Of a stretch of 64,000 nucleotides of DNA, positions 51,062-60,409 are shown piece after piece. Position 1 is the first letter of the stretch, and every line of letters starts with the position of its first letter. The position numbers were made by a program, and so were the translations under genes. The notes beneath the pieces were generated by a model. The model was not told the DNA's origin, ran no database searches, and saw nothing but the letters and a program-made list of their open reading frames with translations. Source of the stretch: Candidatus Omnitrophota bacterium (GTDB lineage Bacteria > Omnitrophota > Gorgyraeia > Duberdicusellales > 4484-171); NCBI GenBank assembly GCA_028692655.1, contig JAQUWY010000005.1:3789-67788 (forward strand), written 5' to 3'.

Positions 51062-51922
51062 TTACCGGATGCCGGTGAAGATGCCTTGGCGGACAAAGCG
51101 GATAAGAATCGGGCCGGCAACAACAATCAGGATTACCGGCAAAATGCAGAAAATAAGGGGTATTAGCATCTTTAAAGGAGCTTTCATCGCCTGACGTTCA
51201 CCGCGGTGAAAACGGCGCATACGGGTGTCTTCTGAGAGGATTCTGAAGGTTTCCTCAACCGGAGTACCCATCCTGTCGGCCTGAACCAAGATTCTGACAA
51301 ATGATGTAACATCGGGGATATCAACCCTCTTAGACATATCTCGCAAAGCTTCAACCCGGGGCTTGCCAACATTTATTTCTTTTAACACCAAGGTCAGCTC
51401 TTCAATCATAGGGTTTACTGCAACCTTATCAACAACCCAGCGCACTGCCGCCATAAAATCTAACCCTGCCCCTACGCAAAGGCCAAGCAAGTCTATCGTT
51501 TCAGGCAATATTCTGCCTATCTGAAATTTACGCTTTTTGACTTTAGAATTAAGCAGCATATCCGGCAAAAGCAGGCCAAAAAGAAAGGCCCCTAACAACC
51601 ACCACATATTTTTAACGTCGAATAAAAACAAAAGCAAAGGTATGAGTATAGCCAGAAGCTCCTTGGCTCCTAAAAACTCAGCCGGGGTAACCCTCCAACG
51701 AGCAAGATACATCTTGTGAAGTAAAGGTTTTTCCATACCGAAAAGTTTAATTAAAATCGCGTTCAACGGTGCTAAGGGCAGCAAAAAAGGGGTAAAAACA
51801 GAGCCCTTTTTGTCTTTTACCGTGTCACTAAATACTGAAACCGTATCCGGGGGTTTGGGGAAAAGGCCAATAAAGATAACGGCAAAACCTAAAATTAAAA
51901 TTACGTATAGAAAGGTCAACAT
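51062..51922 (-). CDS. tadC: Type II secretion system F-domain protein, TadC-like pilus platform protein.
   Basis: 286 aa with multiple TM helices and T2SSF-type conserved blocks (..LPETIDLLGLCVGAGLDFMAAVRWV.. ..VQADRMGTPVEETFR..). Confidence 0.8.
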   Translation of the reverse strand: MLTFLYVILILGFAVIFIGLFPKPPDTVSVFSDTVKDKKGSVFTPFLLPLAPLNAILIKLFGMEKPLLHKMYLARWRVTPAEFLGAKELLAILIPLLLFLFDVKNMWWLLGAFLFGLLLPDMLLNSKVKKRKFQIGRILPETIDLLGLCVGAGLDFMAAVRWVVDKVAVNPMIEELTLVLKEINVGKPRVEALRDMSKRVDIPDVTSFVRILVQADRMGTPVEETFRILSEDTRMRRFHRGERQAMKAPLKMLIPLIFCILPVILIVVAGPILIRFVRQGIFTGIR

Positions 51923-51949
51923 AAATTCTTATTTTCCTTTATATTTTAA

Positions 51950-52792
51950 CTATATTTCAACCTTCCCAAATATTATAATAAGGATAAACCCTAAAATCTG
52001 TAAAACCACAGCTACAGCCAGCATAAGCCTGCCCACTTCATCCTGAATCATAATGTCAAAATGATCCGGCTTAATTTTACGGACAATAAAGAAAAAAGCC
52101 GGCCCCAAAAGAGAAATAATAATCGACTGTAAACGCGCCTGGAGCGTAAGAGTAGTTACCAATTCCCGTAATTTCAGCCTGTCTCTTATGGTTTCAACTA
52201 AGCGGGAAAATACCTTGGTCAGGTCTCCTCCGGTCTCTCTTGCCACAACAATGGCTGATGAAACAAGAGTCATCTCTTCCGAAGGCATCCTTTTGTCAAG
52301 CCTCATTAAAGCCTCTTCCAGGGTAACGCCTACTTTTATTTCCCGATTAAGCAGGCCTATCTCCTGAGATAAAGGCGCTGACATCTCCTCGGATAAAATC
52401 TCAAACGACTGAACAAGCGTAAGGCCACCCTTAAGGCAGCTGTTCATAATCATTAGGCCGTCAACCAACTGAACAATGAATTTTTTCCTCCTTCTTTTAT
52501 CCATAAATTTGACAAGCCAGAGAGGAAGGAATGCCCCTACAATAGCAAAAATTATAGCTATCCACCATTTACGGCTTAAGAAAAACCCAGCTATAAGCAT
52601 TACCAGAGGAGCGATAATATAAAGGCGGATAAGTACTTTTTTACGGACAAAAAGGAACATCTCCTCAAACTGAGAGGCGGTTTTATCAGCCTTACCTCTC
52701 TGGGCTATATCCCAGCGTTTAAGCAGAAAGGTAACACCGTAATAGGAAAGGATCATAAAGGAAATTAAGAGAAGAATATAAGCAAATAACAT
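51950..52792 (-). CDS. tadB: Type II secretion system F-domain protein, TadB-like pilus platform protein.
   Basis: 280 aa with TM helices and GspF/TadB-like blocks (..LVQSFEILSEEMSAPLSQEIGLLNREIKVGVTLEEAL.. ..ARETGGDLTKVF..). Confidence 0.8.
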   Translation of the reverse strand: MLFAYILLLISFMILSYYGVTFLLKRWDIAQRGKADKTASQFEEMFLFVRKKVLIRLYIIAPLVMLIAGFFLSRKWWIAIIFAIVGAFLPLWLVKFMDKRRRKKFIVQLVDGLMIMNSCLKGGLTLVQSFEILSEEMSAPLSQEIGLLNREIKVGVTLEEALMRLDKRMPSEEMTLVSSAIVVARETGGDLTKVFSRLVETIRDRLKLRELVTTLTLQARLQSIIISLLGPAFFFIVRKIKPDHFDIMIQDEVGRLMLAVAVVLQILGFILIIIFGKVEI

Positions 52793-52989
52793 AAGTAAAA
52801 TCTCAAAAACACCCTTAACCTGCTTAACTACGAAACAGAGTTATTTTACCATTTCTCATTAGTTATGTCGAGATTCTTCTTTTTAAAAGCTCTTTTGCCT
52901 TATAGAAAAATTTTATTTAAAAACCTGCTTATAGCTAAATATAATCATAAACAATCATTGCAATCTCTCGATAATCTGTGTAATCACAT

Positions 52990-53026
52990 AAAAAAAACGG
53001 CTCCGTAAATAATTTACGGAGCCCAA
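52990..53026 (-). terminator. Rho-independent terminator downstream of the TPR lipoprotein gene.
   Basis: Minus strand: GGGCTCCGTAAAT-tatt-TACGGAGCC followed by TTTTTTTT. Confidence 0.65.
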
Positions 53027-53159
53027 CGCTCCCTCATTAAGAAGGAGCAATCTAACAGGTTAGTAAAGCCCAATTTATCAGGGGTGGCAACGCCACATCA
53101 AAAAAGGGCTTTACAATCTTTCATAATAATACACAAAGCTAAGACAGAACTAAGCTTCC

Positions 53160-53513
53160 CTATTCAGCGCCGGGAAGAGCCCTTATATAATCCGCCGCTT
53201 CTTGGGCGCTCTCATAATCGGCTTTTGCCTCATACATACCGCTTGCTTTATCGAAATCAGCCTTTGCTTTATCGTATTCTTTAAAATAAGTGTAAGCAAA
53301 ACCCCTTGACATATAATCTTCAGGGGTTTGGGGCTTTATGCCCAGGAGTTTCTTGTAGTAACCGTTTAAGATTTCTTTTTGCTTCTCTTCTCTTACTGTA
53401 GTCCTTTTTTTCTTTAGAGAAATATCGGGTTTCTGTTCGCAGCCGGAAAAAGAAACAGCAAAAACTATTAACATTAAAATTATAATATTTTTCTTACCGA
53501 CAAACTGTTTCAT
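53160..53513 (-). CDS. TPR-like lipoprotein, possibly TadD-like.
   Basis: The lipobox is VSFSGC. The TPR-like helix pair DYMSRGFAYTYFKEYDKAKADF is paralogous to the C-terminal domain of 59822..60409. The track ORF extends to 53531; the start is probably the internal Met. Confidence 0.5.
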   Translation of the reverse strand: MKQFVGKKNIIILMLIVFAVSFSGCEQKPDISLKKKRTTVREEKQKEILNGYYKKLLGIKPQTPEDYMSRGFAYTYFKEYDKAKADFDKASGMYEAKADYESAQEAADYIRALPGAE

Positions 53514-53631
53514 TTCTCTCCGTTTCCGCAATCATTTCACATTTCCCGCCGGTGGCGAGGTCTCGCCTGTCTCACCAGATTTTTAAATAACTTTGGTGGA
53601 CGAAGCGGACAAGGGCTGACCCCGCATTTCT

Positions 53632-53793
53632 TCAGTTTTTTATCTCGCCGTCGCCATAGGCGTCGCCTGCCTGCTTATACAACCCCTGGACGCGGCGCTG
53701 GATATAACCGGACATAAGCATCAAGGTTGCGACCACAAAAGCAATCAAAGTCGCGTAAATAAGAATTGTTTGTGTTTTACACTTATATATCAT
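53632..53793 (-). CDS. Small pilin-like protein (degenerate class-III signal K-T|Q-T-I-L-I-Y).
   Basis: Hydrophobic N-terminal helix after KTQ. The track ORF (53632..53835) overlaps the upstream gene; the internal Met is the likely start. Confidence 0.35.
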   Translation of the reverse strand: MIYKCKTQTILIYATLIAFVVATLMLMSGYIQRRVQGLYKQAGDAYGDGEIKN

Positions 53794-53809
53794 GTTTTCT
53801 TTGTACTTC

Positions 53810-54715
53810 TTAATAGGAATACACAACGCTAACAACAGTTGTCCCGTAACTCCCTAAAACAATATCTATATCATGCTCATAAACCGTGCCTTTGGCCTTT
53901 TCAATAATGTCATCAAAGGTATAAATAGCAATTTCGCATTTCTGCTGCTTCCTTGTAAAAATTAATTTTGATCCTTTTAGATGTAAGGGCGGCACTTGCG
54001 CAGGCAATTTTCCTTCACAATTAGGACAAAAGTTAGTGTAAGGGGCCACCATCTCAACCCATTGATCGATTAAATATACACCTTCAGAATCGTTTCTCTC
54101 CGATAAGCGCCAACTAAAATCTGGCATATTTTGAAGATAGAATCTTGTCACATCTGAATAATTAGACTGACTAAGGTAGCCAACTGTAATTACAGGGGGA
54201 GTTGCATGCTCCCAGTTAATGTATTCCAATTGCCCTTTTAACCCCGAATATAACGGCATAAAGTTTAATTTTTCTACTTTGGCTATTCTCCCTGGAAACA
54301 GCTCTGTATCTAACTGCATATAATTATCTCGTCTGCTCTTTTTCTTAATCTCCGGGTTAATATTATAAAAGCTTATAATATAATTTGTCTGTCCATCTGG
54401 TGAAGGCAAAAAAGTTACTCGCCTTTCATCTTGATCACGGACAAAAGTAAGAGTTTCTATCTCGTTTGTGTTTTGTTCAGAAAATCCTTCCCGAGAAAAA
54501 TATCTATGATAAAAATCAACTATTCTATCTTTGGAAAACTTGGATGTATACTTAAAAATGCCCGATACGCTGCTTTTATTATCTTTTACATTCTCATCCA
54601 CTAATTTTGCCTGCCAAGGCGCGGGAAAATTAATAGGTTTTCCTAAAACGTTTGTCTCAAAAATAGATAAAAAAATAAACACCCAGATAAATTTACCAAG
54701 ACTAATTATTCTCAT
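53810..54715 (-). CDS. Secreted hypothetical protein (301 aa) within the pilus locus.
   Basis: Track ORF. Sec-type signal peptide MRIISLGKFIWVFIFLSIFETNVLG. Confidence 0.6.
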   Translation of the reverse strand: MRIISLGKFIWVFIFLSIFETNVLGKPINFPAPWQAKLVDENVKDNKSSVSGIFKYTSKFSKDRIVDFYHRYFSREGFSEQNTNEIETLTFVRDQDERRVTFLPSPDGQTNYIISFYNINPEIKKKSRRDNYMQLDTELFPGRIAKVEKLNFMPLYSGLKGQLEYINWEHATPPVITVGYLSQSNYSDVTRFYLQNMPDFSWRLSERNDSEGVYLIDQWVEMVAPYTNFCPNCEGKLPAQVPPLHLKGSKLIFTRKQQKCEIAIYTFDDIIEKAKGTVYEHDIDIVLGSYGTTVVSVVYSY

Positions 54716-54722
54716 AACTTTA

Positions 54723-56138
54723 CTAAAAATCCACTAATTTTGCATCATGGCTTGCTCTTCCCTGCTCAATATCCCCACCATCAAAAGAAGCAGTAGCACT
54801 GCTTTGTACCGGCGGATAAACCGTAGGGACATCTATGTCTCCTCGCATTCCTTTTATTGGGCTGCCCATATGAAATTGAATGTTAAAAGCCTGGACCCTT
54901 CGATCATGTTGTATGTCTTTTATATGCTTAATAATATAAGGCTCTGAATCATCCTTGTTATTAGTTGTTTCTGGTTTACTGGCGCTTATGCCCTGCCAAG
55001 CTGGAATAGCATTGTCATTGCCGGCTTCTCTCATCTTTTGAGCTGATTCATTCATTAATTTATCTCCTTTCTCTTCATGCCCTTGGCAGCAATCCGGACA
55101 GCCGCTTATTGAACCGTCACAATCAGGAGTGCAAGGAGTACAACACTTACAACAACCAGAAGCCTTAGCGTACTCTTTGGCCGCATCCTCAGCTTTTTGT
55201 CTAGCCGAATCGGTATCATCGGAAGATAAATCTTTAGCTCTCTGTAATTTGTCATTTACCTCATCTCTATCCATTTGGGTTGTTTCAAGATCATAAGTCC
55301 TTGCTGCTTGTATATTCACAATGGCTGTCACAGTATGGAATCTACCTGCGCCATCAACCCAGGAAAAAGTTTTTGACTCACCGTTACGAATGCTTTGAGG
55401 TGTAATGCTTTGTAAGAAAGTTGAGTATCGTTTTTGATTAATCTTTCCTAAACGATGGCTTATACCGCTGTTAGAAAAGTTATATATATAGCCAATATAA
55501 AGCGCATTTTGATATAAATCATTCTGTCCATCCTGATCATCATGAACCCGCTCTCTAACTGCTTCTAACTCTGCTTGTTGAAGCGCTGCTGCATTTGGCA
55601 ACACCCCTTCTTCAGTGCCTTTCTGGTCCTCCTGAGAGCTGGAATCATCAGGAAAACCATTTTCATCGATCAACTCATTAATCTGCTCTCTAAAATTATG
55701 GGCTTCTTTAGCAGCTTTCTTGGCAGCATCTTGAGCTGCTCCCGTTATAGTAGAACAAGTCGGACCACACTTACCGCCACAACTTTGACTTATCGCTGTA
55801 GTATACTGCGGAATATATCTTGCTGCCCAAATATTATAGATTGCATGGTTAAAATGTTTAGTATATGTATTTTTGATGTCTTCCCAATTATCTTTGAAAT
55901 TCTTCTGACTTTCGCCGGCATTCGCGTTGGCCACATAATTAAAAGCATAAGCCATGACCGACGCCGCAGCCAAAGCACTGGCATCAGCGGCATTGTCGCT
56001 ATAGGTCTGGTCTTTTGCGACTTTGCCGATATTTACGGTAACAAAAGTTATAACAATTAAAGTCACTATAACGGATAGAAAAAATATTGAAACTTGTGTT
56101 TTCGGGCTTTTATTTTTTAGTTTAAGAGGATATTTCAT
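54723..56138 (-). CDS. Tad pilus assembly TadE/G-like N-terminal domain protein with a Cys-rich cluster (CCKCCTPCTPDCDGSISGCPDCC).
   Basis: An N-terminal TM is followed by ..VNIGKVAKDQTYSDNAADASALAAASVMA.., matching the TadE/G-like motif. It is 471 aa. Confidence 0.55.
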   Translation of the reverse strand: MKYPLKLKNKSPKTQVSIFFLSVIVTLIVITFVTVNIGKVAKDQTYSDNAADASALAAASVMAYAFNYVANANAGESQKNFKDNWEDIKNTYTKHFNHAIYNIWAARYIPQYTTAISQSCGGKCGPTCSTITGAAQDAAKKAAKEAHNFREQINELIDENGFPDDSSSQEDQKGTEEGVLPNAAALQQAELEAVRERVHDDQDGQNDLYQNALYIGYIYNFSNSGISHRLGKINQKRYSTFLQSITPQSIRNGESKTFSWVDGAGRFHTVTAIVNIQAARTYDLETTQMDRDEVNDKLQRAKDLSSDDTDSARQKAEDAAKEYAKASGCCKCCTPCTPDCDGSISGCPDCCQGHEEKGDKLMNESAQKMREAGNDNAIPAWQGISASKPETTNNKDDSEPYIIKHIKDIQHDRRVQAFNIQFHMGSPIKGMRGDIDVPTVYPPVQSSATASFDGGDIEQGRASHDAKLVDF

Positions 56139-56160
56139 ATCTTAAATTTAGAAGCCTTTT

Positions 56161-56409
56161 TTAAGGACAAGGTGCGGCGATATATGTAGGCCAAAGAGCC
56201 TGATTTGCACCTCCAGAAGCACCGCTGGCACTTACACTTCTGCTAGAAGTTCCCGCAGCTACTCTGGTTGTCTCATAAGTAGCTTGTCTTACCGGCACAT
56301 GGGCATTACCCCATGCCCAAATACCGACTGCCGCGCCTAAAAGAGCTGTGGCCGCGGCATAAGCTAAGACTGACTCTAAAACACTCTGGGCTTTTTTAAA
56401 TTTATTCAT
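56161..56409 (-). CDS. Flp-type pilin-like protein (82 aa), KKA|QSVLES class-III signal.
   Basis: Track ORF. It overlaps the upstream gene by 4 nt, suggesting operon coupling. Confidence 0.6.
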   Translation of the reverse strand: MNKFKKAQSVLESVLAYAAATALLGAAVGIWAWGNAHVPVRQATYETTRVAAGTSSRSVSASGASGGANQALWPTYIAAPCP

Positions 56410-57002
56410 TTATTATCTCCACTTAAGCTCCTTGTGCCGCCTGAAGGCCGGCCTTGAAGATAACGGCGCTCGCCTATTTTATAAGTCATAACTTCGCCAA
56501 CAATTGCCGAGCGGGTTGAGGAAGTCTTTCCGTTATTATTGTTTACAGTGAGGCTGTCGGTTGTCGTAGTAAGATACATCGGGGTGATACCGCCGCTAGA
56601 AGCCTCCTCTCCTAAATCATACTCTATCGGCATACCAAATCTGCCGCCGAAAGAATTAACCGCCATATACATCTTCTTCTCTGGATCCTCACCCTGGTTT
56701 TCAACACTGGGAATAGCCCAGAGAACATATCCGGCACCGCTTGAGGTAATTTTCTGGCCCACAATAGGATTTGAAGCATCAGCCTGGCGCCTGTCATCCC
56801 AGGTACCGTAGGCAACGGCTTTATTATCATTATGAGACTTTGAAAGGGCCGAGCGAAACGCCTGCATAAGCTGGTACTGGTCGCCGTTGAGCTTAGCAAT
56901 ATAGGTTACGACCACCCCCAGAGCCATAAGCATAATCGGCCCCAGAATTGCCATTTCAACCATTGCCTGTGCTAACTTGTTTTTATATATTATTCCCATC
57001 AT
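56406..57002 (-). CDS. TadE-like pseudopilin (198 aa).
   Basis: N-terminus KLA|QAMVEMAILGPIMLMALGVVV, with Glu at +5. Confidence 0.6.
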   Translation of the reverse strand: MMGIIYKNKLAQAMVEMAILGPIMLMALGVVVTYIAKLNGDQYQLMQAFRSALSKSHNDNKAVAYGTWDDRRQADASNPIVGQKITSSGAGYVLWAIPSVENQGEDPEKKMYMAVNSFGGRFGMPIEYDLGEEASSGGITPMYLTTTTDSLTVNNNNGKTSSTRSAIVGEVMTYKIGERRYLQGRPSGGTRSLSGDNK

Positions 57003-57011
57003 AGCCTCTCT

Positions 57012-57467
57012 TTAATGCATCTCCCAGCCTTGATCGTCCCACTCCTTATATTCCAAATCCGGATAATCCGGAAGCGGAGCAGCACTCGGCGCATCCTGAA
57101 CGCTTATGGCTGAGCCTTTATGTTCCATAACTGAGAAGCCCTTAATGCTTGGAACCGGGGCTTGTAGCGTAGTCTGAGAGCTGCTTGTATCTATATCTAT
57201 ATTTGTTTTGCCTCCGATTTCTTCTGTCCTCTCAGAGGTAGAGCTGCTGCTATAAGTAGTTAAGCTGCTCCCCCATTCTAAGCCTATTCCCGGGCCCGGC
57301 TGATAAAGAACAAATCCCGTGCGCCTTGCCTCATCCTTTATTCTTGCCTGAATATGGCGCTGTAAGTACATATGCATTCCGGTTAATGCCCCTACTACTA
57401 CAAAAATAATTATCCCATATTCCAAAATAGCATTTGATTTTCTGTATAAGACATTTCTTTTTACCAT
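57012..57467 (-). CDS. Flp-type pilin paralog (151 aa).
   Basis: RKSNAILEYGIIIFVVVGAL. Confidence 0.6.
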   Translation of the reverse strand: MVKRNVLYRKSNAILEYGIIIFVVVGALTGMHMYLQRHIQARIKDEARRTGFVLYQPGPGIGLEWGSSLTTYSSSSTSERTEEIGGKTNIDIDTSSSQTTLQAPVPSIKGFSVMEHKGSAISVQDAPSAAPLPDYPDLEYKEWDDQGWEMH

Positions 57468-57481
57468 TTTTATCCTAAGGC

Positions 57482-57883
57482 TTAATCTTTTATCTCTCCT
57501 TCCTGATGCATAGCTGAAGAACTTGTGGTCACCGCAAAACCCCTTTCCCCCTCATAGGTAAAACTTACAGTTGAACGGGTTAAATTATTAACTGATGTTA
57601 CTATTGAATCAGCTTGGCCTACCTTATTATGGTCAGCACCGGAAACCCTGTAGCCGCTTTCCGGCAAAGGCGTATTAAAGGCTGCTGCGATATACTCTCC
57701 TCCCAGAGAATCTACAGACTCTTTTAATTTACCCTGCAAAGAACGGCTGGCGTAATGACGCATAACCAACAAAGTTGCCACGCTCACCGCCACAATAAGT
57801 GAATATTCCAGAAAAGACTGCGCTTTTCTGGAATGGCATATTTTCTTTATCTCTGTGTCTTTCCTAAAGTAATATTTCATCAC
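57482..57883 (-). CDS. Flp-type pilin paralog (133 aa).
   Basis: SRKA|QSFLEYSLIVAVSVATLL. Confidence 0.65.
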   Translation of the reverse strand: MMKYYFRKDTEIKKICHSRKAQSFLEYSLIVAVSVATLLVMRHYASRSLQGKLKESVDSLGGEYIAAAFNTPLPESGYRVSGADHNKVGQADSIVTSVNNLTRSTVSFTYEGERGFAVTTSSSAMHQEGEIKD

Positions 57884-57917
57884 AACTCTTGGCTTTTGTA
57901 AATTTATTTCCCATAAT

Positions 57918-58241
57918 TTATTCTTTAGGCAGAGGTGTCATCGCCCTGTCAACTTTTGAAGAACTTGAACCCCTGACGCTAATAACTGTTGTCGGATGCC
58001 CCCAGCCCGGCAAAGAGATATCCACGCCGCTGCTTCGGCCTTCGGAATATTCATAGCCGTCTGTTTCTTTGTAAGCATATTGGCCGGCCATTTCATCGCT
58101 TGATTTCTGAATCTGGCCGTTCATACCCCTGGCCAAATACACCTGTATGCCAATGAGGCCTATTATCGCAAAGCCTATCACCAGAGCATACTCTATACTT
58201 GACTGAGCCTGTTTATGTTTAATTTTTCTTAACATAACCAT
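57918..58241 (-). CDS. Flp-type pilin paralog (107 aa).
   Basis: KHKQA|QSSIEYALVIGFAIIGL. Confidence 0.7.
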   Translation of the reverse strand: MVMLRKIKHKQAQSSIEYALVIGFAIIGLIGIQVYLARGMNGQIQKSSDEMAGQYAYKETDGYEYSEGRSSGVDISLPGWGHPTTVISVRGSSSSKVDRAMTPLPKE

Positions 58242-58285
58242 ATCCCAAAAATTAGATTTTTATCCACTGTTTCCATTTTACCTAC

Positions 58286-58606
58286 TCACCAAGTCTCATT
58301 CTCTAAAGGGCCGACATCACGCCAAGAATTCATTTCCTGGTGCCCGCCGGTTACATTAGTGGTAGTAGTGCCATTTACTCCGGATGTCATGGTTTCATTG
58401 ATGAAATTTGTGCTCATGGCCATATTCTCATATCTATGGGTCATGCCCGGAGAATATTGGTCACCCATCTGGTCTCCAATAACCTGCATCCTTCCCTGAA
58501 CACTTCTTTTAAGGTAGTTTTGCATAGCTAAAAGCGCGCCTACAACCACCCCTATAAGCAAAGCGTATTCCAGAGTGCTTTGCGCTTTTTGTATTTTTAT
58601 CAACAC
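58286..58606 (-). CDS. Flp-type pilin paralog (106 aa; TGA stop).
   Basis: IQKA|QSTLEYALLIGVVVGAL. Confidence 0.7.
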   Translation of the reverse strand: MLIKIQKAQSTLEYALLIGVVVGALLAMQNYLKRSVQGRMQVIGDQMGDQYSPGMTHRYENMAMSTNFINETMTSGVNGTTTTNVTGGHQEMNSWRDVGPLENETW

Positions 58607-58644
58607 TGGGACACCTCCTTTTTAAACCAAAATAAACTTCTAAC

Positions 58645-58956
58645 CTACTTTGTAGTTGAAGAAGTATAGTTTGAACCCATAGTCTCATTGTAAGTGTAAG
58701 GCATGGTTGTATTGTTAAAGTCTTCAGTAAAGTAGCGGTTCGAATATTGATCAGTAGTTGTTTTGCTTCCGCTAACGCCTTCCCACTGAAAAGTAGTGCC
58801 ATTGGTATTATTAACGAAATCATTAGCTGCATCATACATCCTTGCCTGAAGGGCTCTCTTTACATAAGTCTGCACACCCATGGCCGCAGATATTACTATA
58901 GCAAATAATATAGCATATTCCGCGGTAGCCTGGGCTTTCTTTAATTTTATTAACAT
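58645..58956 (-). CDS. Flp-type pilin paralog (103 aa).
   Basis: LKKA|QATAEYAILFAIVISAA. Confidence 0.7.
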   Translation of the reverse strand: MLIKLKKAQATAEYAILFAIVISAAMGVQTYVKRALQARMYDAANDFVNNTNGTTFQWEGVSGSKTTTDQYSNRYFTEDFNNTTMPYTYNETMGSNYTSSTTK

Positions 58957-58992
58957 TTTTGCACCTCCTTATTATCTTTATCTACCTCGAAC

Positions 58993-59232
58993 TCAGCCTC
59001 CATCGTTAGTACCTGTAGTTCCATCACTGGAATCCGTACTCACACCTCCGGCAGCCCTACTCAAGAATTCTGTGGATTGATCTTCGATCAAATCAGCAGA
59101 ATCATTGAACATTTTGGTCACTGCCTTACTGATTACCCCATCCTTACCAGAAGCTGCCAACACTGCCACTATGATTGCTGAGAGAACAATGATGTATTCC
59201 AAAATACTCTGCGCCTTCCTCTTTCTTAGCAT
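58993..59232 (-). CDS. Flp-type pilin paralog (79 aa).
   Basis: KRKA|QSILEYIIVLSAIIVAVL. Confidence 0.7.
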   Translation of the reverse strand: MLRKRKAQSILEYIIVLSAIIVAVLAASGKDGVISKAVTKMFNDSADLIEDQSTEFLSRAAGGVSTDSSDGTTGTNDGG

Positions 59233-59260
59233 AGTTCACCTCCATTTCAATTATTATTAT

Positions 59261-59446
59261 TTACCTTATACCATTAATCGGGCTGTTTAAATCGGCTTTT
59301 ACGTGATAAATTCTGGCATTAACCGACTTAAGCACATATCCCCACATCGCCATCAACGATATAGAAATAACCGCTATCAGAGCCGCGTAATCTATAAAAC
59401 TCTGGGCCTTTATTTTCATCCTGATATTTTTATGCTGGTATTTCAT
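59261..59446 (-). CDS. Flp-type pilin paralog (probable start MKYQHKNIRMKIKA|QSFIDY; the track ORF extends to 59476).
   Basis: The motif is conserved. The track start would overlap the next gene by 26 nt. Confidence 0.55.
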   Translation of the reverse strand: MKYQHKNIRMKIKAQSFIDYAALIAVISISLMAMWGYVLKSVNARIYHVKADLNSPINGIR

Positions 59447-59450
59447 AATT

Positions 59451-59642
59451 TTAGTTGGTTGTTGTAAAAACGGCATTTTGCCTCAATGTGCTATTTATAT
59501 CATTCTGAGCCCTGTTTAAACCGCCTCTTAAGCCCAATTTGAAACCCTGAGTACTCAACATTATCGCTGCAACAACTCCGGTAAGCATAATTAGGTATTC
59601 TAAGATGCTTTGTGTTTTTATTTTTCTATTGGTTTTTTCCAT
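59451..59642 (-). CDS. Flp-type pilin paralog (probable start MEKTNRKIKT|QSILEY; the track ORF extends to 59663).
   Basis: The motif is conserved. Confidence 0.55.
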   Translation of the reverse strand: MEKTNRKIKTQSILEYLIMLTGVVAAIMLSTQGFKLGLRGGLNRAQNDINSTLRQNAVFTTTN

Positions 59643-59646
59643 GTTC

Positions 59647-59808
59647 TTACCTGTTAGTTTCATTTAACTCCTGGGCTAAGTGCCTCATTCTTACGTCCAT
59701 GCCTCTTCTCAAATAAAACACCATGGCCGAAAGAGCCGCCGAAACTATGGTCACAAGAATTGTATACTCTATTATACTTTGGGCCGCTACTTTTAAACTT
59801 CTTTTCAT
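59647..59808 (-). CDS. Flp-type pilin paralog (probable start MKRSLKVAA|QSIIEY; the track ORF extends to 59841).
   Basis: The motif is conserved. Confidence 0.55.
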   Translation of the reverse strand: MKRSLKVAAQSIIEYTILVTIVSAALSAMVFYLRRGMDVRMRHLAQELNETNR

Positions 59809-59821
59809 AATATTTCCTATC

Positions 59822-60409
59822 TTAATTACCTTTAGCCTCACTTAAAGCAGCTGCCTGCTCTATTTTTATTAATTTTTCAGCTATATTAAAATCTGCCTGA
59901 GCTGCTTCACGGTCACCGTAATAATCATAAGCAAAGCCTCTTTCCATATAATCCTGTGAGTCCTGTGGTTGTTTACTTAAAACTTCGTTATAATAATTAT
60001 CCGAAAGTTCCTTGCGGCCTATTGCCCCTTTTTCATCAATACTGTCAACATAGCCCTGAGCCGTCCTGGCATTCTCCTTATCGCCGGCGGCCTCATATAT
60101 TTCTTGAGCTCTTTGAAAATTCTCTCTGGCCTCAAGCGGCCTGTCAAAATAAGAGTTAGCAAAACCTTTAGCCATATAGTCTTCGGCGGTCTGAGCTTCC
60201 GCTTCTAAAACACCTTGATAATAATCTTGCATATAGTCATCCGCGTCCCCAAAGCTTTGGCTTTCATCGGCTATTTCTTCTACCGCTTCATCTCCATAAT
60301 TATCAAAACTACCCTGCATAGTAGCCATTACTGCGCCTATACCTACGGTAGTGAACATAGCCGCTACTAAAATATATTCCAAGGTTGACTGACTTTTCTT
60401 AAATATCAT
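59822..60409 (-). CDS. Pilin-like N-terminus (MIFKKS|QSTLEYILVAAMF) fused to a TPR-like C-terminal domain. The track ORF extends to 60478.
   Basis: The C-terminal DYMERGFAYDYYGDREAAQADF is paralogous to the lipoprotein 53160..53513. Confidence 0.55.
   Translation of the reverse strand: MIFKKSQSTLEYILVAAMFTTVGIGAVMATMQGSFDNYGDEAVEEIADESQSFGDADDYMQDYYQGVLEAEAQTAEDYMAKGFANSYFDRPLEARENFQRAQEIYEAAGDKENARTAQGYVDSIDEKGAIGRKELSDNYYNEVLSKQPQDSQDYMERGFAYDYYGDREAAQADFNIAEKLIKIEQAAALSEAKGN

Noticed and set aside
50857-51166. Overlapping ORFs 50857..51126 (-) and 50885..51166 (+) with poly-LS/RLRL products.
   Set aside because: Both are generated by translating the CCTYRR hexamer array in the intergenic spacer.
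58286-58288. Possibility that TGA is recoded (as in some small-genome lineages), which would alter all ORF calls.
   Set aside because: TGA terminates the pilin paralog 58286..58606 at the length expected from its TAA-terminated siblings, and it terminates 43640..45613. Standard code 11 fits all genes inspected.
45031-58835. Embedded alternative-frame ORFs (45031..45276, 47599..47862, 55790..55993, 56624..56899, 58509..58835, 43974..44972 plus-strand set, 48408..49541 plus-strand set, 55575..56060, 56539..56811).
   Set aside because: Each lies wholly inside a longer ORF with recognisable features, on the opposite strand or in a shifted frame.
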